NCBI GenBank assembly: GCA_958009085.1
Contig: OY253682.1
Location: 868,001-932,000 of the forward strand
From: Protoeuglena noctilucae
Taxonomy: Eukaryota
DNA: 64,000 bases
Reading direction: 5' to 3'
The notes beneath the pieces are model-generated. The model made no database searches and was not told where the DNA came from. It saw nothing but the letters and a program-made list of their open reading frames with translations. A program made the translations under genes and the position numbers. The first letter of the stretch is position 1. Each line of letters starts with the position of its first letter. Shown here piece after piece: positions 1-12,085 of the stretch.

Positions 1-150
1 GGTGGGGTAGGGGTTCATATAATGCTGGAATGTGATAACGATTAAGAGAGAGTGAGCGTGTGCAGTTGGCCTGAGTGCTTGGCCGTCCCCACCCCTTCCT
101 TGCACCCACCACTCACCCACCCTCACTGCAACCCCCCCTCTCTCCCCCCA

Positions 151-2880
151 GCTCGTGGCCATGCCCCTCCTCAGCTGCCTGGCCCACTTGCACGAGCGAG
201 GCATCGCCCACCGGGACATCAAACTGGAGAACGTGTTTGTGGGGTCGAGGGGCAACGTCATGCTTGCAGACTTTGGGCTGGCCGTGGAGCTGACTAGGCG
301 GTGAGTGATATTTGTGATATGCACTAGTGATATATATACTAGCGATATGTACTATTGATATGCGCATGTCACTGTCTGAGTGTCATTTGTAATGAGGCAC
401 TGGCGCTGGTGAAGCTGACTTCACACAGACCAAGCCCTTTCTTACCCTAGCACGCTCACATCACACAACCTCGCACCTCGCTACACAGCACCGCACCACC
501 CCCACCCCCTCCCACCACCCCATTATCCCCTCCCCTCCCCTCTCCTTCCCCCCAGCCGCGCCCTGACTCAGGTGGGCACGCTGTCAGTCATGGCGCCAGA
601 AGTGCTTCTGGCAGATCACGTGACCGGTGCCCAGGGCCCCCTTCGCTGCGAGAGGCACAGAGACGACAGGAGGGAGTACGGGACGGCAGCCGACGTGTGG
701 GCGGTGGGAGTGCTGGTGTGGGAGATGCTGACAGGGACGGGTGAGTGGAGATGAGACGGGGTTAGGTGGGGGTGCTGGTGTGGGCAGGGGTTGATTGGTG
801 AGTGCTTGGGCGGTGGGGTTGCTCGTGTGGGTGGGGGTGAGACGGGCGAATGGTTAGCATAGGTGTGGGTGAGCAGGTGGACTGTGGGTGGAGTGGCGAT
901 ACCCATGGCTGCCACCGTCACTCCCACCCTCAACACCACCCCCGCTGCCACCCCCACTGCCACCCGTAACATCGCACTCTCACCCCTATCACCCCCCCAG
1001 TCCCCTACCGCGCCTCGTGTGACCGTGAGATGACCGACACCCATTGCCACCCTTAACACCCACCCCTCACCCCTCACCCTTACCACCCCCAGTCCCCTAC
1101 CGTGCCTCGTGCGACCGTGAGATGATCGAGACGATCGCCACTGGCATTCAGGACCACCCCTCCTATCCACGCCTGCCATCGGACGCAAGGTCCTTCATCG
1201 AGCAGTGCCTCACGTGGGACCCCGCCAAGAGACCCACGGGTGAGATGAATATTGCATATTTGTGCTTATTATAGTATACTATATGCATTGCATGTCTTAT
1301 ACAGACACATGTGTCGTTGCCATGTCTCACCTGGGACCCCGCCAAGAGACCCACGGGTGAGGTCACTATTACATATTCAAACATACGGATGTGTTTTTTA
1401 GTCACATGTATTCGCATGCATGCGGATGGCAACTGCGCACGCGCTACCGCAGTCACATCCACGGTCGTCGGATGTCCATGATAATTGTTACATCCTCCAT
1501 ATAATCACATCGATACAACTACACACCTTACCTGTCTTTCACCCCGCCCGTCTCACACACTACCCCCCCCACCCACCCCCGCAGCACGCCAGCTCTACGC
1601 CCACCCCTTCGTCACACAGCGAAGCAACTACGCAAACTGGCGGTCCCTCGCGCCCCCCCGATCCTCCATCGACGACAGGGTATGCCCTAACAACCAGGGC
1701 AATGCACCCAGCAACGTCAACGCCGGCGATGCGTACGGTTTGGACCGTGCCACCTCCCAACCCCACCACGCCCGCGGCCCCTCCGGCTCATCCCGGCATT
1801 CCGCAGCGTCCCGTGCGTCGCGTGCCAGCGCCGTGGGGTCCCCGCGGCCCACGCTGCCCGGCGCCGGCGGCGTTTCCGACGTGGGCGGCGCCAGTGTGGC
1901 GTGTCAGTCCCGGGCCAGGGAGTCAATCCCGCCCCTGGCCTTCCCCCACAACTGCCCCGCGTGCGATCCTCTCTCGCCCTGTCCCCACGGCACATCCCCC
2001 GCGGGCGTCCCAGCCCGGACAGACTGATGCGCATCGGCGTCGGCCCAGCCCACTGAGTCTGCCACAGCACGCAATAGCATCTGCAGCGGGGGCGGCGGGG
2101 GTGGCGGCAGGTCCCGCGGCTCCTCTCGCCGCACCATCCCCGGTAGCGGATCGCCGAAAGACGGGCTCAGCGCCTCTAACTACGGCACGATTGCGGGTGC
2201 GGCCGCGAAACGTGCTGTGACGAGCGTGGACATGCCGGGGGCGCCGGGGCGGCCGCGGGGGCGGGCGTCGGGCGCAGCGGCGAGCGTGGATATCCACCGC
2301 AAAGGCTTTGGTGACGGGAAGGGTGGCGGGAAGGGTGCGAGAGGGGTGGCGGTATCGGTGGGGCGGACGTCGGCACGTCGGTCCCAGGACAGGGTGGCAC
2401 CTTCCGTGGTGTCGAAACGTGCTGCGCTAGAGGCCTGGGCCAGCGACGACGCCGGGGACTCTCTGCCCAGGAACAGCCGTGAGTGGTGGGGGTAGGGGGG
2501 GCGATGGTGGTGATGGGGGCGTGGCGATGAATGGTGGGGGTTGACAGGGTGGTGGAAGATGGGTTGGTGGTTGGAGTTGAGGGTGATGGAATGATCACAG
2601 CTAATACGCATTGTAATTGGTATGAGGGTTGGTCTGTGTGTGCTGCTCGTGCACCCATCTTACCATGACCCCTCTCTGCCCCCCTCCCCTTACCCCCAAC
2701 TCCCACCCATCTCATTATAACCACCCCGCCCCCCTCCCTCTCCCCCAGTCCCCCCCCAGCTGACCATGACCATCATTCCTGCATTGTCGCTGCCTGACAG
2801 TGACCGCGGGCTCTTCCTGGAGACCCCCAGGCGCGGTGTGGCCAGGAGACTCATGAGGTGCTTCTGCGGGGTGAGATGCT
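151..2880 (+). CDS. Ser/Thr protein kinase, Aurora-like (multi-exon, 5' part outside window, 3' end approximate)
   Basis: Exons ~151-299 ([16 protein letters not shown]), 556-740 ([25 protein letters not shown]), 1093-1238 ([18 protein letters not shown]), 1584 onward (ARQLYAHPF), followed by a low-complexity tail. Confidence 0.85.
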
Positions 2881-4207
2881 ATGTGCTAATGTTATGAGCC
2901 ATGCATACATTCATGGGGTGCTTCTGCGGGGTGAGATGACGTGTGACATGAGATGCTTTGAACAATGCGATATGACTGACAGGGGTGCTTCTGTGGGGTG
3001 AGATGCTGCACTGTTTTTGCATGAGGCGTTGTTAGTGATGCGACAAGAGTGATGCGACACGGTTGGGGTGCTTCGGGCTGACATCTCGACCCCGCATCGT
3101 CCCCGCAGGTGCCGTCCACCGACTAGATTACACCACCAGGGGGTCCCTCACAGAGCTTGGACATCACAGCTAACGTCACACAGCTGATGTCGCAACAGAG
3201 CTCGGACGTCTTTGTGCCTCGACGCCGCCCGTCCCAACACTGCGGCCACTGACCCCGGCTGCCCTGACGCAGGGCCTGCCCTCCTGACTCATGTCTTTTG
3301 GTCATGTCGGGAGATGGGACGGACTCCGCTGTCATAGACCACGTCTGCATCCCCGGCATCACGTGCCACATCACGCCACGTCGTGTTAGACCACGCAAAG
3401 CACGTAAGGGTGGCCCGTGGGTTCGGACTCGCGGGTCTGGACTCGCAGGTTCGATTCTTGGGCATGCTCCGATTTCGGCGCGACCTCAGTAGTCGCGCGA
3501 ACCGCCCGGGGCGCTTAGAGTTTGCAAGGGGAGTAACGTTGCGGGATGCGTGCATGCATGGACCCGCAGCCATCTTACCCCCTCGCACCCGCGCCCTCCG
3601 ATATCATTACCGGCGATTTCCGCTCTCACTCCCGCTGCCCCTGCCCTCCTTGGCCCCTACTGAGGGCAGTTGAGCGCGGTGTGGACCGTGCCACATGCAC
3701 GCACGATGCATCCTGCTAATACCCACCTGCCGACACAACATGTTCACTCCCCTGCCTTAAGCTAGCCCTTTGCCTGATGTCTGCCTGTTGTAGTCTCTGT
3801 AAGCGCCGGCCCCAATCATCAATCACGGCGCGTTGGTGTGACCACGATATAAATGCAGTCAGCCAGCCTGGCTTGGCGACCCTTGAAACATCCGACGTTG
3901 CAGCGGAGCAGAGGGAGAGTGATAGACGACAGATAATCATGGTCGAAATCCAAATGGGTTGCAACAGCATGTCAAGGGACAAGGACGTGGTGTCTATTCT
4001 ACTCCATTAAAGCACGTAGTGCACAGCGTGGCGCACTGCTGCGGCGCTCGGTCAGATTGCCGCGCAGAGACTTACGCGTAGGAGACGACATTGGCGGGGT
4101 AGCAGTGAAGGGGCAATGATGACAGCGAGAGGGTGGCACGAAGCAGGGCAGGGAAGGGCGAAGGGCGATGAGCCATGGCCGGCTCCCTTGCGTCTCGATG
4201 CTCCCAT

Positions 4208-5028
4208 TCAGATGCCCACGTCAGGGAAGTTGCGGACGTCCAGCGACGGCAGGCTGCCCTGCCGCGACCTGGCGGCTGCGTAGGCGATCAGCCATACTAT
4301 AAAGGCCGTGCTCACGACCGACGCGCCCCCCGCCGACACGCGCAGCATCCGCGTCATGTGGGGGTCCGTGCGCGCGGAGAATGCCGGCCAGAAGTACCAG
4401 AGCTGCGGACGGGGCGGCGCGGACAGACCCGTCGCGCGCAGGGCAGGAGGCCAGTGCACTGCGCAAGCTGGCAAGTGCCGCTGCCGCGCCCTCGAACTCA
4501 CGTTGATGATCCAGAGCCAGGGTAGCAGGAAGAAACCACCAATCATCATCCTGCGCGGGGCGGGAGAGGGCGTCGTCGGAGGAGCGCGGCAGGAAAGGCA
4601 TGCAGGGAACGTCGTCGTCCGCCTCGCCTCTTGCACTTGGCCTTGGCCTCTGCCAGTGGCAAATCCTGACCATCGATGGTAGGGACAAACAACTGCCCAG
4701 GTGCCGTCCCGGGCGCGAGCGCCTGCGAGGAGGGGGACGAGGAACAAATGCAAAGGGCGCAGGACCCTCCAGCCGCGCGAGCAGAGCGCTAAAAGGTCTG
4801 AAGACGCGTCTCCGATACGATTTCTAGACAGGGATAAAGACAGATCCTCGGAAGCGTGACAAGGTCATTGGACGCGCTCGCTCACCCCCACGAGGGGTCG
4901 CCGACTGCTGCGCGAGCCATCCGCGGTCTCCGGAGTGCTGGGGCCCGCTAACTCCCGCGTGCGACTGCTAATCCTCGCCGACGCCGCGCTGGTGTGGGGC
5001 TCCGCATCCCCTCCCGTCCCCCGCTCCA
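4208..5028 (-). CDS. PEN2: Presenilin enhancer PEN-2 (gamma-secretase subunit), multi-exon; start approximate
   Basis: Spliced peptide KCKRMMIGGFFLLPWLWIIN|LWYFWPAF...RVSAGGASVVSTAFIVWLIAY matches the PEN-2 pattern GFxxLPWLWxxNxWYFW. Confidence 0.8.
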
Positions 5029-5785
5029 TCTCTAAAGGGCGAAACTGCTCTGCACGCTTTTCTCTCTTGGAGCAGGCTGGAAGCAAGGCGTCTCAATCGC
5101 TGGTTCGCTACCGATCTTCACATGTGTTCGCGCAGCATCGATGAAAAGCACACAAACAACGCAGGAGAAGGGAGAAACCCTCTGCCAGTACAACACGCCG
5201 TCACAGTCACAGGTCAGAGAGAGGCCGCCCCTTGCAGCTTGCGCCGGGTCCACCGCTGCGTGGGCCCCGTCGTGCGCGGCCGCTCGACGCGCCACGGCCC
5301 TCGCCCGGTGGTCCTTTTGCTGCTGCACCTCAACAGCCGTACGGTTGGCGAGCAGAGCGAAGATGCTTGGCGTGACTTGGCTGGCATTTAAGTCACGCCG
5401 ATCATCTTCGCGCTACTAGCAAATTGTGCGGCTGTCCAGGTCGTGCACCTGCGACATAGTTTGAGGGATGGGGCATGCGACACTTCATGACAAGATGCCA
5501 ATCCCTTCTGCCACCCCAGCGAGGTCGTTGATGGCAGTTGGCTCCATAGGACATCTCAGGCCGCTCTACTGGCGCGTCTCTGACAACGCAGGTGCCCTCC
5601 ACAGGCGCTGCGAGTGGGGTGGGAGGGCGGGTGGTCAAGGGGGCACATGCAGGTGCGCACTAAGCAGCAATCCAGTAGCCAGCACACATGTCGCATCTCG
5701 GGGCACATGGCGTGGCAAGAAGGGAACTGTTGGTGGCCCGGCTCGACTCACCTGCGCCCTCACCGCGTCACTCCGCGACGTGCGA

Positions 5786-5930
5786 CGTCGCCACGCGCGA
5801 TCTCATCCCACGTGCTTCACTTCCACCTGTGGATGATGCAGTGGAGAGCCGCACCAGACTCGTGCAGTTCTCCCATGCATCATCCACAGATGGAAGTGGA
5901 GCATGTGGGAAGAGGTCATACCTTGCGACG
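5786..5930 (+). ncRNA. Long fold-back hairpin, pre-miRNA-like
   Basis: 5806-5840 pairs with 5876-5910 almost perfectly, with G:U wobbles on the + strand; an inner stem closes the loop cagactc. Confidence 0.5.
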
Positions 5931-6933
5931 GCTGGTGGCCGTGCGATCCACGCACACCTTGACGCCGCCGGTCTCGACCTCTTGCGCGCGCGGTAGGGAG
6001 CCAGTGCCCGGCGTCCGCGCACGAGCTCCACACCGCACACTTGCAAGAGAGAGGCCGAGACAGACGGAGTCAAGGTCGCGTGGACCTCACGGCGGCCGTC
6101 GGTACCCCAACACCCTGACCATCCGGGAAATCGAGTGGTGCAGGTACCACTCAATTTCCGGCCGGCCAGGGCGTTCGGTGCCCACATGCCGAACTTGCGT
6201 TGGTTTGAGACCCCCGGCCGGGCCGTCCTACCCTCAGCCGCTGCGCCCTCTCGCCCTGGATATCTGCGACGGGCGGGCGCCGGTCGGGGGGAGCTCACAG
6301 GTCTGTTGGATGACCTGTGAGCTTCTGCGGTGCCGCGAGGTGGCCACTCGGAGGTGGGAGGGGGCGTTGGGCGACTCACACCGCCGCGCCAGCTGCGCTG
6401 CACGGTCCGAACGTGCGGCTGGAGTGCACAGGCCCCGCCGCGGCGCGCGGACGAGGCCTTCGCTCAACACGCTGCGTCCACGACAAGACGAGGTCTTAAA
6501 GAGCAACGTGCGCTCGCGGCCTCGGCAAAAACACGGCGGAAATGCGGTTCCTGGGCGCAGCAAGGTCGACAGGGTCAAGGGGCCCCTCCCGACGCCCGCG
6601 CGGCCCCCGGAGGTAGCCAAAGCACCGCCACGGCATCGAATGCACCGAAGCAGCAGGATGGTGGGCGCCGATCACCTCGAGAGCTTGACATCGCGTGCCG
6701 GCAAGCAGGGGGCGTTGTGGTGCGCCCAGAGGACGGTGTGAGGAAGCCAAGGTAGGGAGCCTCGAGCCGGAAACGTCAGTTTTGCTCCCATATTTGCCCG
6801 CTGGGAGGTATTTAAGCTCCAACGGCGCAGGCTACGGGCGGGCAAACCCCGTCCGACATTCTTCACAAGCAGCACTCAGTGCTGCACTGAAATCTACGCG
6901 CGGGTGCAGATGCCACACGCACTCATCCGCACA

Positions 6934-8027
6934 TCAGAGCGTGCGGAACGACTGCGTGATGCGCTTGGGCAGGCCGGGGTCCGCCTTGAGGTCGCGGAGG
7001 GGCGTGCGCACGAACAGCGCGTACACGCGGCCCCTCGCCGTGGTGATGGAGGCGTCGTACTGCACGTCCGGAGCCTGCGAGCACGCAGCTCCCCTCGCTC
7101 AACTCGCAACGACATGACAACGGCAATAGCACCACGACGGCCCGCCACTGCAGTGCCGGCGCCACTCGCCTCGACGCGATAGTCGAAGTACCGCCTCCCG
7201 CCCTCCTCCCTCTCGCCCCTCTCGATGTTGACCGCGTCCGTCATGGCGTCCTGCAGCTCGTAGTCGGCCCCCACGAACCCCTGGAAGGTCGAGTCCACGT
7301 CTCGGAGCTGGAACGTCGCATAGTCCTCGCCCGCCCGGCCCAGCGTGATGACGAAGATCCGGTGGGCCTTGTTCTTCGGGTCCACGATGCGGCAGTCGAT
7401 GCCCTGCGTCCCCTTCTCCACCTTGTTTGGCACGATGCTGGGGGCGGAGAGGAGTACGCGGGTGGGGTAAGCGACCCACGGTAGCACCACTGAAGAATCC
7501 ATTTTAAGGCGAAAATAGCAGTCCGTCATCCAGCTGTAGTCTTTATCAGCGACGAGTGAAACGTGCTCGCTCGCTTTGTTCCTTCTCTGCTTGCCTGTTC
7601 CACCCCTGTGGGTACTGGAAAGTGTACTTGGGCAGCTCGTTGGGGTCGTTGCCGCCGTAGCCGCCGTAAGATGTGGGCGGGCGGTCCATGCCCATGAACG
7701 TCAGCAGCTCGGTCTCGGCCACCTAGGGGGGGAACGGACAGCGCGAACGTTTGCATGCGTCGCATCGATGCAGTGCACATCTGCGTCCTGCCACGGATTT
7801 GATGGACGCACCGCGGGAGACGGAGCCGCCATTTGCAGAGCCGCCGTGGCGATCGCGGCCACGGACGGGGCGAGGACGACGGCGCGCCGGGACGCCGCGG
7901 TGCCCTGCAGGGATCCGGGGACGTGGGGCGGCATCAGCGGCGATCCCGGGGCTCACGGGGCGTTCAGGACACGTGCACTGCTTTCCAGATCTCGCTGCTC
8001 GCGACGGACGTGGCAGGGAAGCGCATT
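6934..8027 (-). CDS. PsbP-domain thylakoid lumen protein, multi-exon; start approximate
   Basis: Twin-arginine signal SRRAVVLAP...A; SYGGYGGNDPNELPKYTFQYPQGW; PNKVEKGTQGIDC; GRVYALFV...ITQSFRTL*. Confidence 0.8.
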
Positions 8028-8601
8028 TGGCGCCTGGCGCGGCGGTTGAGTGCGCGCAGCGATCGGGTCCGGGACCGCAGCGCAGGCCACGAACGCGGGC
8101 AACGGCGAGCGCGATTGATTGCTACTGTACTTTAATCGATCAGGCCAAGCGCGTGGCCGGAGCAGCCGTTGTCATCGCGCAATGCGGCCCCTTTTCCACA
8201 CACCTCAGCGTGGGCCCTCACACACCGCCCCCGCGCCCCATGAAGACGCCGGCCACTCGCAGCGGGACATGGAGAGGCCAAGCAGGCAGCAGACGTCGAC
8301 ATCGTCGACATCGTCGGCCCCGGTTGCACGCGCGCTGAGCTGGCCTCTGGTTCGGTGCCTTGGCGCGCTGCACGTCCTGATTCGAACCCGACGATAATGC
8401 GAACAGCCGGAGAAGCGCAGAGGGACGGGAATGGAGAAAGACAGCCGGTCCGACTGGCAAGAGTTTTCTCCGCGTTTCGATCCCCGACGCCCGCAGAAGT
8501 TCGCCGAGAGGACTCTGCGTATTGTGCAGCTAGCCTGCGAACATCGTGGACCCAGGAGACGCGCTCGCTTGGAGCAACGGCGGCGGGGATAAGGGGGAGC
8601 G

Positions 8602-9758
8602 ATGGCCGACGCGCCCAGCACGTCTGGGTCTCCCGAGGGCAAGAAGAAGGTGGTCAAGAAGGTGGTGAAGAAGGTCGTGAAGAAGAAGGTGGGAATGGGG
8701 TGGCCACGGCGTCCAGCCGCTGCGGCGCCGTGCGTCGGACTCTGGGCGCCTGGTAATGCGGTGATATAGAAGGCGGGGGAGCTGGTCGGGACGTTTATGT
8801 ACCTATGTTGACAACGCTGCGGTGGGACGGGAGGGAGAGCTTCGAGGGAACGCGTGGCGGCCTCGGAGTGGCGCGCCTCGCGTTCCGGTCCCCGCCCGCG
8901 CGAGGCCCGGCGCTCTGCGCTGCTCACACACCTGATTGCACTGTCGTTGTATAGAAGTCGACATCGCGTCTGCTATCTGCGCGCCCGCTGCGCCTGGGCT
9001 CCCCGAGTGGCACTACGACTGCAGCCCGGGCACATCCACCGCGCATCGCCGCCCCCGCCCCGCGCTCCGCAGGCGGACGATGAGGCACAAGGATCGGGGG
9101 CTCCTGCTTCGCCGCGGGCCCAGCCGGCCGCCAGCAGCGGCGACGGCGGGGGCAAGAAAAAGGGGGCGGACCGGCCATCGCGTCGCATTGAGACGTTTGA
9201 GGAGGTGCAGCAGATCGACTACATCCGCGCCATGACGTCCCGCAACGTATGGTACTACCGGGACCGCCTCTCCGTCCCGCGGGGCCCGTGCACGATGCCC
9301 GTGCTGCGTGAGGCGTGGGCGAACGGCGTCATTGACGAGACCACCCTCGTGTGGTGAGGCCGGGGCATGGCTGGGGCGCGTGGCGGGTGCGCTGCGAGGC
9401 GCGCGATGATCTTCAAATTCGGATTCCCAATGAGGCGCTCTCCGGAGACCTTTGATTCCATTTGATTTCCTGATGCCTCGTGCGCACGTGGGTATATCGC
9501 AAGCCCCTCCGCCCCAGAGCTCCGCCGCGTCTCTCCCTACGCCCTCGCAACCGGCCCATTTGCAGGGGCGAGGGTCTTCTTGACTGGCTGCCGGTGCGCA
9601 ACGTGAGGACGCTGACGGCGCAGATCCGCACGCCCGAGGTCCGACTGGCCACGTGGCTGCGCAAGAACCTGTTCCTCCGCCCCGCCATCGACGCCGCACA
9701 GAAGGCGCGAGCGGCCTTCCGCGACCACGTCTCTTCTCAGCTGGAGGACATGTCCTGA
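8602..9758 (+). CDS. TIC56-like GYF_2-domain protein
   Basis: NVWYYRDRLSVPRGPC...WANGVIDETTLVW|GEGLLDWLPVRNVRTL..IRTPEV resembles plastid TIC56; Lys/Val-rich first exon. Confidence 0.75.
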
Positions 9759-10091
9759 GAGCTATGCAGGCGGCTGCGAGGCGTCGCTGGGGTTGCGGCC
9801 GTTGGCTACCGTGTGCTACACGGTAGCTCGTTGTCCCTTACCACGTGGCCTGCTTAAATGTGCTCGTATGTGGCACATAGGCATGTGTGAAGGGGGCATG
9901 ACCGTTGGATTGGCGCGACTGGCAGTGGCCGACAGACAGTTGGAGGCTGACTAGGTAGGTTGCGTCCCCAGCGCTTTTCACCTCGTCTTGGCCGCCGCGT
10001 GGCCACGCTGATTAGTACATCCCTGCGACTTGCCGAACACGAAGACAGCCGCCGGATTGCTTGGGTCGTTCAAGCGCTGCAGTAGTTCACA

Positions 10092-11739
10092 ATGGCGACC
10101 GTGGCGGCCCTCGCGGCCCCGCGCGTCTGCCTGGCGCACGCCCCCGCGGCGTTACCGGGACGGAGATGGTCCGTCACTCGTGCGATCCCTGCCCCCGAAG
10201 GACGCTCGGGCTTCGCGGGGTTCATGCCGGGGGCACCCAAGGAGGCGTCCCCTCGCCCTGACGAGCGGTGAGGCGGGAGGGCGATATAGCCTGCTCAACA
10301 GCGCCGTGGTTCGTATCGCTACCCTGCAAGCAGCCCAACTCGACGCCCGACACGCCCCGCAGGCGCCGGCCGCGCAAGCCGCCCCGGGACCCGAGCGTGG
10401 TGCGCGGGACCAAGTTCCGGGCGGTGGAGACGGAGCGGAAGCAGCGTCTAAACAAAGTCGTCGCCGCGGCGGGCTACGCGTCGCGCAGGAAGGCGGAGGA
10501 CATCATTAGGGAGGGGCGCGTGCGCGTCAACGGGCAGGTGCGGCATATACCGGCACATGCAGGCTTCCTCTCCCTTCCGCGTGGTTGTATCCACAATCCT
10601 TGCTGTTCCCTCCGCCTGCTGCGCAGGTCGTGACGCTCCCGCAGCACCTGGTGGACGTGCTGAAGGACCGCGTGCAGGTGGACGGCGCAGCCGTGCAGGC
10701 GCAGGCGCAGGAGTTCTTTTACTTCGCGGTGAACAAGCCCAAGGGGTATATATGCTCCAACACGAGGACCAAGGACGCGCCGGAGGTGCAGCGGGGCCCC
10801 GGCCGCGCGCACTCGCAGCTCTTCGCTGACTGGGCACCAATGTCCACTATTTTGCGCGTTTTTCTCCCTCGCAGTCCGGCGCCCGCCTGGCCATCGATCT
10901 CCTCGCCCCTTTCGTGGACGAATGGCGCCAGAGCCGCCCCGGCGCGGTGCCTCCCCGGCTCTTCACGGTGGGCCGTTTGGACGTCCAGTCGACCGGCCTG
11001 CTGCTGGTCACGAACGACGGGCAGTGGGCGCAGGAGGTGTCGCATCCGTCGTCGGGACTTACGAAGGAATACGTCGTCACCACGAACCCGCTGGTGAGGG
11101 CCGCAGGAGCTGCAGGGGAGGTCGCAGTTGATGAGCTGCATGGATGCTCTTCGCATTACATAACAAGGCGTGCGGTGTTCCCAACCATTTCTCTCGTCCC
11201 CGCAGCCCTCCGCATCCCACGTAGCCACCATGACGGCCGGCTGTGAGGTGGACGGTGTGCGGGTGGTGCCCGTGGGTGTGGGCCTGGTGGGAACGGGCGC
11301 AGAGCGCCGGCTGCGGGTGGTGGTAGCAGAAGGGCGCAATCGCGAAGTGCGCTCCCTGTGCGCTGCGGCGGGGCTGGACGTCAAGACGCTGCGTCGCGTG
11401 CGCGTGGGCGGCATGCGCATGCCGCGGGAGCTGGGGCCGGGGCAGTACCGGTGAGACTGGGTTGGTATGAAAGAGTGGGCTGGGAGTGGGCTAGGGCTGT
11501 GGTGCTGATGAGACTGGGTTGGTTTGAGAGGGTGGGCTGGGAGTGGGCTGGGGCAATAGGACTATTGGTGAGAATGGGCAGCGACTAGCATACTTTATCC
11601 CCCCTTCCTCCCCCCCTTCTCCCTTCGCAGCCGCCTGCGTCCGTTTGAGGTGCGTCGCGTGACCAACCTGGGGGAGCAGAACCAGCAGCACCTGAGCATC
11701 GGATTGGATCTGAGTGACGTGGATACGAGCGATGAGTGA
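10092..11739 (+). CDS. rRNA pseudouridine synthase, RsuA/RluB family (SVR1-like), multi-exon
   Basis: S4 domain [38 protein letters not shown]; catalytic [28 protein letters not shown]. Confidence 0.92.
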
Positions 11740-12085
11740 TGCGGACTTTGAGCACACGTCGATGTGAACGATGAGTGATCTAGGGATCTAGATTAATCCG
11801 GCTTTGCATGGGGGACCTAGGCAGGCGCTTCTGGCAGCGTCGCCGTGCTTGAAACGACACGCTTCACAGTTGAAAAAGGTGAATGCTACAGAAGCGCCGC
11901 ATGCACGCCGCAAACACAGGCGGTCTACTCTCACACACCGCCCATGGTGTCATAATAGCCGCACTGGACGTCACTACATCTCTCGCTACACATTCCAAAC
12001 CAACCGCACCCAAATTCCTCCCTTCATATCTCTCCCCTCATCTCTCTACCCAACTCTCTCTCCCCACAGCTCTCTCCCATAACCA

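Noticed and set aside
2853..3083. Repeated ggtgcttctgcggggtgagatg units
   Set aside because: Degenerate local duplication of the kinase 3' end, the same class as the junction echoes and not a separate element
5614..6875. Overlapping ORFs up to 375 aa
   Set aside because: No recognisable domain or consistent splice model; expected by chance at this GC content, although a small gene cannot be excluded
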